Positions 58,404 through 64,000 of a stretch of DNA of 64,000 nt are shown here, in pieces. Source of the DNA: Bacteriovoracia bacterium (GTDB lineage Bacteria > Bdellovibrionota > UBA1018 > JBFWNL01); the NCBI GenBank assembly GCA_050251055.1, contig JBFWNL010000002.1:96001-160000 (forward strand). Direction: 5' to 3'. A program made the translations under genes and the position numbers. The notes under the pieces were generated by a model. It was not told where the DNA came from. It did no database searches and saw only the letters and a list, made by a program, of their open reading frames with translations. Positions within the stretch are counted from its first letter, which is position 1. Every line of letters begins with the position of its first letter.

Positions 58404-59781
58404 AGCTCAACCCCCAGTACACCCGATCGTTCTGCCGATACTTCGCGATGTAGTTCGACTGGCCATCCCCCGAAAGCACGTCCGCGCCCAGATAGGCGCG
58501 CCAGTTGGTCGGCGTTTCATACACGAAACTTCCCGAAAGCTGTGACGTCGCCGTGGCCGGCTCGTAAAGACCGCGCCAGCGGAACCGTAGACGATCACCC
58601 AACACCCATGGCACCGGCGTTTCCACGACGCCCGACACCAAGTCGGTGAACGGATAGGCCTCGTCAAAGAGCGAGCGCCCCGAGAAGCTCAATGATGAGA
58701 GAAGATTGGCGGGCGCCAGATCCGTGGAAGGTTCCGCGAACTTATGCAGATAGCCTAACGCTACTTTGAGATGGCCGTTGCGCACGCGCATGAGTTTGAA
58801 ATCCGTGCCCAGACTAGCGAGCGTCGCGGGTGCGATACGCTGGTGGGCGAGCTCGGGATCGAGGTTTTCTTCGACCGGCTGATCTCGCGTGAGGGAAACC
58901 CATAGCTGTCCTTGAGCATGCAGTAACCCAGACTCCAACGTGGCGAGATGGTGGTAGGCAGCTCGCGGGTAAAGCGTTACGTCGGCACGGCCCCGATCCA
59001 GCCGCAACGGACGGGAATACGACAGGAGGATCGCGCTGCGCGGTTTATAACCATAAGACGCCCGCACCCACGCGCCGGTCTCCTCCCGTAGCGCGCCCTG
59101 CCCAGCTCCCCACGCGCCCGTCACTCCCACGCTGGGATTGAAGACGATTTGGCTAAGCGGGGGCAGCTGCAAGCGGTAGTCGACCGGAGTATCGACGCCT
59201 AAGATGGGCACCTGCGACGCCGGACAGGAGATCCATGCGTTCAACGAGGCGTTCGCGCAGCTGCCGTCGACGAATTCGAGCGACCCACCCTGCTCTGGAA
59301 AATACAAAGGGGAACCAAAGAGCGTGACCTCGCCCGTGTCCGATCGGTTGGTGAGAAAAAGCCCGCTGAGGCCGGTCTCCAGCGGTTCGAGATAATCCCA
59401 GCGGAAGCGCGGCTGCCAAGCACCGGCTCCCCAGAAGCGATCGGCCACACTCCAAGTTTCGAGCTTGCGACCAAAGCTCAGCTTGGTTTCACCCGACAAA
59501 AAAGACTTACTCAGATACGCTTCGCTCACGTACCAGTAGTACGCGCGCGGCTTGCCCACGTTGATGCCGCCCCCAAGGGCGAGCGTTCCTTGAAGAAAAC
59601 CCCCGGTGCTTTCGCCTCGCCAGTCCCCCACGAGCTGGGGAGTCAACGGCGCCGAAGCGTCAGAAAGATAATAATTGGAGCGCAGGCCCAGGCTGGCGGA
59701 ATTGCCCGCGGACGGGCCGCCGTCTTCGGCCTCCGCAAATAGGGAGACCAGCAGGCCCAAAACCACCATAAGCCGAGTCAT
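58393..59781 (-). CDS. Putative outer-membrane beta-barrel protein
   Basis: Signal peptide from ATG 59781, alternating beta-strands, C-terminal YWGLSYVF. Overlaps the next gene by 11 bp. Confidence 0.75.
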   Translation of the reverse strand: MTRLMVVLGLLVSLFAEAEDGGPSAGNSASLGLRSNYYLSDASAPLTPQLVGDWRGESTGGFLQGTLALGGGINVGKPRAYYWYVSEAYLSKSFLSGETKLSFGRKLETWSVADRFWGAGAWQPRFRWDYLEPLETGLSGLFLTNRSDTGEVTLFGSPLYFPEQGGSLEFVDGSCANASLNAWISCPASQVPILGVDTPVDYRLQLPPLSQIVFNPSVGVTGAWGAGQGALREETGAWVRASYGYKPRSAILLSYSRPLRLDRGRADVTLYPRAAYHHLATLESGLLHAQGQLWVSLTRDQPVEENLDPELAHQRIAPATLASLGTDFKLMRVRNGHLKVALGYLHKFAEPSTDLAPANLLSSLSFSGRSLFDEAYPFTDLVSGVVETPVPWVLGDRLRFRWRGLYEPATATSQLSGSFVYETPTNWRAYLGADVLSGDGQSNYIAKYRQNDRVYWGLSYVF

Positions 59782-59961
59782 GCGACCCCAGCGGCGTGCC
59801 ACAACCATTTGATTAAAAAATTCCCTCTCTACCCTCAGGAAGCCCAAAAGCGGCAACCCTAACTTGACGCAGAGCTACCACGCTGAAGGCCCCATTGCAA
59901 TGCGGCGGGCGCGAATTATTCACAAATAATAACAAGATGTTAAACGCGAAAAACCGGGGAT

Positions 59962-60468
59962 TTACCGCCGTTTAAGGGACAGCCCAAGCTTAAATGTCGC
60001 TACGGGTTCATTTCCACTCAACCGAGGAACCGTCGCGATGACCTGAACTCCTTCGGTTACCCGCTCGCCGGTGCGGAGAGTTTCTTCCAGCATCCGGGAA
60101 ATGAGCTCTCCATCTTCGCAAGTGAAGTGCACTTCACCCTCTGCGCGTTTATGGAATTCGGCCTGGAAATCCTTGAACACGAGGGCGACTTTCTTCATGC
60201 CGCCGCGGCCGAATTTTTTCTGGATCTGCTCGACGGCGATCATCCCGCCGGCGCAGTCCGCGCCGATCGAGAGCGCGCCGAAATACATCGAGCCGAGATG
60301 ATTTTTCGTCATTCGGCGCAACGGAATCGAGACCACGCAGCGGCGTTCGTTCAGCTCGCGTACCCGCGGCGAACAAAGACCCAAAAGCGGAATCTTGGCG
60401 AACCCAATCGCACGCAAGACCACCGTCTGCTTGAAGGCTTGGCTAAATGGAGCGGAAAAGAGGCTCAA
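59962..60468 (-). CDS. Hotdog-fold thioesterase-like protein (DUF4442/PaaI-like)
   Basis: IPL...TKNHLGSMYFGAL..GAD and F.KRAEG.V.F motifs. Confidence 0.8.
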   Translation of the reverse strand: MSLFSAPFSQAFKQTVVLRAIGFAKIPLLGLCSPRVRELNERRCVVSIPLRRMTKNHLGSMYFGALSIGADCAGGMIAVEQIQKKFGRGGMKKVALVFKDFQAEFHKRAEGEVHFTCEDGELISRMLEETLRTGERVTEGVQVIATVPRLSGNEPVATFKLGLSLKRR

Positions 60469-60497
60469 AATCAGCGAAAAAACGAATCAACGTTAGT

Positions 60498-60761
60498 TTA
60501 GGCCGACGCCGCGCCGCCCGCCGAGTGGCGCTTACGATAAGCGACCTTCTTGTCGTTCGAACGCTTGGACTTGCCAGCGAAATAGGTCTTCGCGAATTCC
60601 TTGTCTTCGCGGATTTTCTTGGCGCGCTTATCGCGGGCCATCTTGCGCAGGGTCTTGCGCGAGTAGTTCGGCTTCGGCTTGGCCGGCGTCTTCGGCGTCT
60701 TCGGCTTGGCCGCCTTGGGAGCTTCCGCCGTGGTTTCTGGAGTAGTCGTATCTTCAGACAT
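60498..60761 (-). CDS. Small very basic hypothetical protein
   Basis: 87 aa, Lys/Arg-rich; GAAGAGG RBS; AAG-biased codons suggest a real, well-expressed gene. Confidence 0.75.
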   Translation of the reverse strand: MSEDTTTPETTAEAPKAAKPKTPKTPAKPKPNYSRKTLRKMARDKRAKKIREDKEFAKTYFAGKSKRSNDKKVAYRKRHSAGGAASA

Positions 60762-60956
60762 GCGTCGTTCTACCTCTTCACTAAGAATTTTCTAATAGAG
60801 GGGTATTACCGGGTACCCGACGGAAATGCACCAAAAAAACAAACAAAACAAGGCGTTAAGGTATTTGCTATTTAATACGCGATGCGTTATAAGATGACCG
60901 ACTTTTTTAGGAAAGTATCGAGACCGGCTAACTTATTGGAACAACAGGTGAGATGC

Positions 60957-63900
60957 GTGTTTAAAAAAGCCCTCTGTGCGATCCTGATCTTGGAAATGGG
61001 GTTTCTCTCCCCCGTTTTTCGCGCACATGCTGACGCGAGCGAAAATCCCTTTAACCCCATTCTCCAGAGCCACCCCGACGCCTTGATCCCGGGTCTCGAA
61101 CTCTTTACGGAAGCACGCACGCTTCTACGTCGGCAACAGCATCCCGGCTCGATTCCCACCTGGGGAGCCGCCAATAGCGTTCCCGAAGAATTTGAGGTCG
61201 AAGCATTCGAACTGCGGCTGCAGGCCTATCGCGCTCATGCGGAAAACTGGCTGGGTACGCACGCGGACGCACTTCCGCTCGAGGCCAAGGTCGAGCTCAT
61301 TAACCAATACTTCAACCTGCTTTCCACCGACGCGTCTCTGCGGCTCGCCCGCCAGGCGTCGGTGAATCCCGCGTGGAGCGAGCGCAACGGGCTAACCATT
61401 AGCCAAGCCCTCTATGCCGAACTCCCGAACTTAACCCGGGATAACGCCTCTCAACCCATTTCCGTGACCCGGGCGGGGGACGAAGTGCACCTGAGCTTGA
61501 GCGCACGGTACGTGCACCAGCTCAGTCTCGGCGCGCTTTCCCGCGACCCCACCGACGAAAACTACCTCACCTTGCTCCAAGCCCTAGCCACGAAGCAGCT
61601 TCAAGATAACCTCGCGGCGTTACACCTCGTACGCGACCCCGCGCTCCCGCCGGTGCGGGCCGAAGCCCCCCCTTCCTTGCGCCGGAAACTGCCAGCGCTA
61701 GAAGCGGACACCTTCGAGGCCGTCTTGGCCGAAGAGACCCGAAGCCGACGCGACCAGGCTTACCGGGCCGCTACGATCGAAGCGGTTTCCTCCCGTCTGG
61801 CCGACCTGCCGCTGCTGGTGACTGACGAATTCTTGGCCGACTTGGCCGAGCTGACGACCCAGGACCTCATCGACGAGCCTGGTCCGGGCGACGATTTGGC
61901 CACGAATTGGGGTAATTCCTTGCGGGAAGCACAGCGCTCTCGCTGGGCGGAACTCTTTGGGTTGGAAATTCAGGAAACCAACGAAGAGCTTGAAGCCGGG
62001 TCCGCGGGCGAGCGCGCGCAACGGCTCGCGGAGATCTTAAGTAACGCGGCGGCGAACGCCGTCCTTCAGAAAATTTTCGATATCGCTGAAAATTCCGAAG
62101 CCGGCTGGGAGATCAACGAAGAAAACCAAATGGCTCTGCTTCGCCTGGTGGAGAACCGACGCCGAGCCTATCAGCAAGCCCTCGGCGCCGAGCCCCGATT
62201 GGGCGCGGAACTTCTATCGACGATTCAAAGTAAGACCGATCACCGCACCGTGGGCACGACGGATCGGCAGGCGGAGTTCCTCCGCACCTTGCTGACCAAC
62301 GTCGAGAAACAATCCCAGTACCTCGAGGGCGTCCTCAAGGGCGAGAAGCTCGATTTGTATATTATGACCGAGGCGCTGGCCGCCCAAATCGAAATGCCTG
62401 GCCTGCCGCAGAACTGGATCGGCCGCATCTGGTACGCCTACGTCACGTCCGACGGCAACGACGCGATCTCGCCGCTCGTGCAGGATTGGATCGGCGAAAT
62501 CATCGCCAGCCCGACTTATGCCGCCGCTAAGCTTCGGTTTCATGATCTCGTCGCCAGCCTCGCCGGCCCCGCGGCGATTTTGAATCCCAAGACCCCGCAA
62601 GCCGCGCTCGACCTGACCTATTTGAATCGTTACCTGTCCACCCATGATTTCCGCCCCTCGGGGAACTGGGTCTTCGCTGATCCGGCTTGGGCCGAATCCC
62701 GCTACCTCACCGAAGAGCTCGCCAAGGCGGGCAAGAAAGACGTGGCCGACCTGATTAAGCTGGGCAAGCTATTCAAATTTGACCAGGCGCTGGCCGCGAC
62801 CGAACCCTCCGTGGCCGATGTTCTATCGGAAAGTCATCGGAAGAAATATTTCGAACATGCTGCCCAGTCGGTGCTGAACCGTTACCCGATCTTGACCGTG
62901 CCCGTGAATGTTTCCGGGCCAGGCGAGAAGCCGAAGCTACGCCCCCTGCACGTCATGCTCAAACGCCTTCTGAACGGAGCGGCGCCCGATCAGATGCGGG
63001 GCGAAGCCCGCGCGCTGGCGCAAGCCTACCTCGCGCAAGCGATCGAAACCACCGCCGCCAACGTACAGAGCGACATCCTAAAGATCGGAGAAGCCAAAAC
63101 GATTCAGGCGCTCGAACCTATCTTGACCCGCTCCACCTTTCTACAGCTCGTGCTTCGCGGATACCCCGAGTTCAACAAAGCCCAGCGCAGAATCTTAGAG
63201 GATTTATTCCATCCGTCGGTCTACGAGCAGCTGTCGCATCAGTACCTGACGGCCAACCTAGTGGGTCTAGGCGCAATGCTCCTGATTTGGGTCGGCCGGG
63301 TCGCCCTGGCCAAGCGAATCCCCGCGCTCTATAGCGTATTTCGCGTGCTTTCGGTGGGCACGGCGCCATATCAAAATCTACTGCTCAAATCGCTCTGGTT
63401 CTCACTGGTAGGCGATCTCATTGTTGCTTACCGACACCTGAAGAAAGAAGAAGAGGCCTTGGATCTCATGGAGGAGCTCTACCACTCCTCCGTGGCCGGA
63501 AGCCCCTTTTTCAATCTCGGTACCCTGAGCTCCGCGCAAGACACCTACGCTTCTTCGCGCCGCTTTTTTTACATGCAGGCTGCCTTCGGCGGCTTGATGC
63601 TCTACATTCCGATCTTTAAGGCGCGGGCGATTCTCAAAACTCGCGGGTTCATGGGCGACGTACGGGCGTTTCAAACCTTGAAAATCAGACCGGGCGAATG
63701 GCTAGAAATCCGAACCGCGCTCGAGCGGGTGGAAGCCGCCTCCGCCGCAGGCCTAGTTTCCAAGGCCGAACTCACGGCCGCCCAAGCCGCGTTCCGCCGA
63801 CTGGCCGGAAAGCTGAAATCTGGCCGAAACTGGAATTTGCGGGCTATGCGCGAGCACAAGCCCACCACCCCCGTCGACCGTTCACTGGTACGCGCCATTA

Positions 63901-64000
63901 AAAATGCCCGCGGCCGGCCAATCGGCCCCGCCCGCCCCGTCGTCCCGCCGCCGACGAACGCCACTCCGCCAGCACCCATCGATTTCGTCGGGCCCTTGCC
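60957..64000 (+). CDS. Large secreted hypothetical protein, 3'-partial (>1000 aa; missing from the ORF track)
   Basis: GTG start gives MFKKALCAILILEMGFLSPVFRAHA|DASENPF. The frame is open in the segments I translated and at the window end; the track lists no closed ORF in this frame. Confidence 0.8.
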   Translation, partial: MFKKALCAILILEMGFLSPVFRAHADASENPFNPILQSHPDALIPGLELFTEARTLLRRQQHPGSIPTWGAANSVPEEFEVEAFELRLQAYRAHAENWLGTHADALPLEAKVELINQYFNLLSTDASLRLARQASVNPAWSERNGLTISQALYAELPNLTRDNASQPISVTRAGDEVHLSLSARYVHQLSLGALSRDPTDENYLTLLQALATKQLQDNLAALHLVRDPALPPVRAEAPPSLRRKLPALEADTFEAVLAEETRSRRDQAYRAATIEAVSSRLADLPLLVTDEFLADLAELTTQDLIDEPGPGDDLATNWGNSLREAQRSRWAELFGLEIQETNEELEAGSAGERAQRLAEILSNAAANAVLQKIFDIAENSEAGWEINEENQMALLRLVENRRRAYQQALGAEPRLGAELLSTIQSKTDHRTVGTTDRQAEFLRTLLTNVEKQSQYLEGVLKGEKLDLYIMTEALAAQIEMPGLPQNWIGRIWYAYVTSDGNDAISPLVQDWIGEIIASPTYAAAKLRFHDLVASLAGPAAILNPKTPQAALDLTYLNRYLSTHDFRPSGNWVFADPAWAESRYLTEELAKAGKKDVADLIKLGKLFKFDQALAATEPSVADVLSESHRKKYFEHAAQSVLNRYPILTVPVNVSGPGEKPKLRPLHVMLKRLLNGAAPDQMRGEARALAQAYLAQAIETTAANVQSDILKIGEAKTIQALEPILTRSTFLQLVLRGYPEFNKAQRRILEDLFHPSVYEQLSHQYLTANLVGLGAMLLIWVGRVALAKRIPALYSVFRVLSVGTAPYQNLLLKSLWFSLVGDLIVAYRHLKKEEEALDLMEELYHSSVAGSPFFNLGTLSSAQDTYASSRRFFYMQAAFGGLMLYIPIFKARAILKTRGFMGDVRAFQTLKIRPGEWLEIRTALERVEAASAAGLVSKAELTAAQAAFRRLAGKLKSGRNWNLRAMREHKPTTPVDRSLVRAIKNARGRPIGPARPVVPPPTNATPPAPIDFVGPL

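Overview
A GC-rich bacterial chromosomal segment. The many secreted proteins and lipoproteins of unknown function suggest Bdellovibrionota/Oligoflexia, but that is an inference. It holds about 50 CDSs. I found no rRNA, tRNA, CRISPR array, integrase or transposase. Housekeeping genes include mutL, miaA, ilvE, hldA/rfaE1, cmk, hisC, rimI, thrS, acs, comEC, a comM-like ATPase, an RluA-family synthase and a family-5 UDG. Three features stand out. (1) A tightly coupled six-gene minus-strand operon (19049->11918): PstS, a tetraheme c-type lipoprotein, YceI, a diheme lipoprotein, a monoheme cytochrome-beta-barrel fusion with Cyc2-like architecture, and an OprO/P porin. There is no pstCAB, so a putative porin-cytochrome electron conduit sits between phosphate-acquisition genes. 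(2) A ClpB/Hsp100-like AAA+ protein with a signal peptide, a degenerate NBD1, a CUB-like domain exactly replacing the M-domain, and no NBD2 pore loop. (3) An unannotated ~95-nt two-hairpin small RNA candidate transcribed divergently from a LysR gene, with a T-N11-A box, a promoter and a terminator. All family assignments come from motif recognition by eye, not database searches.
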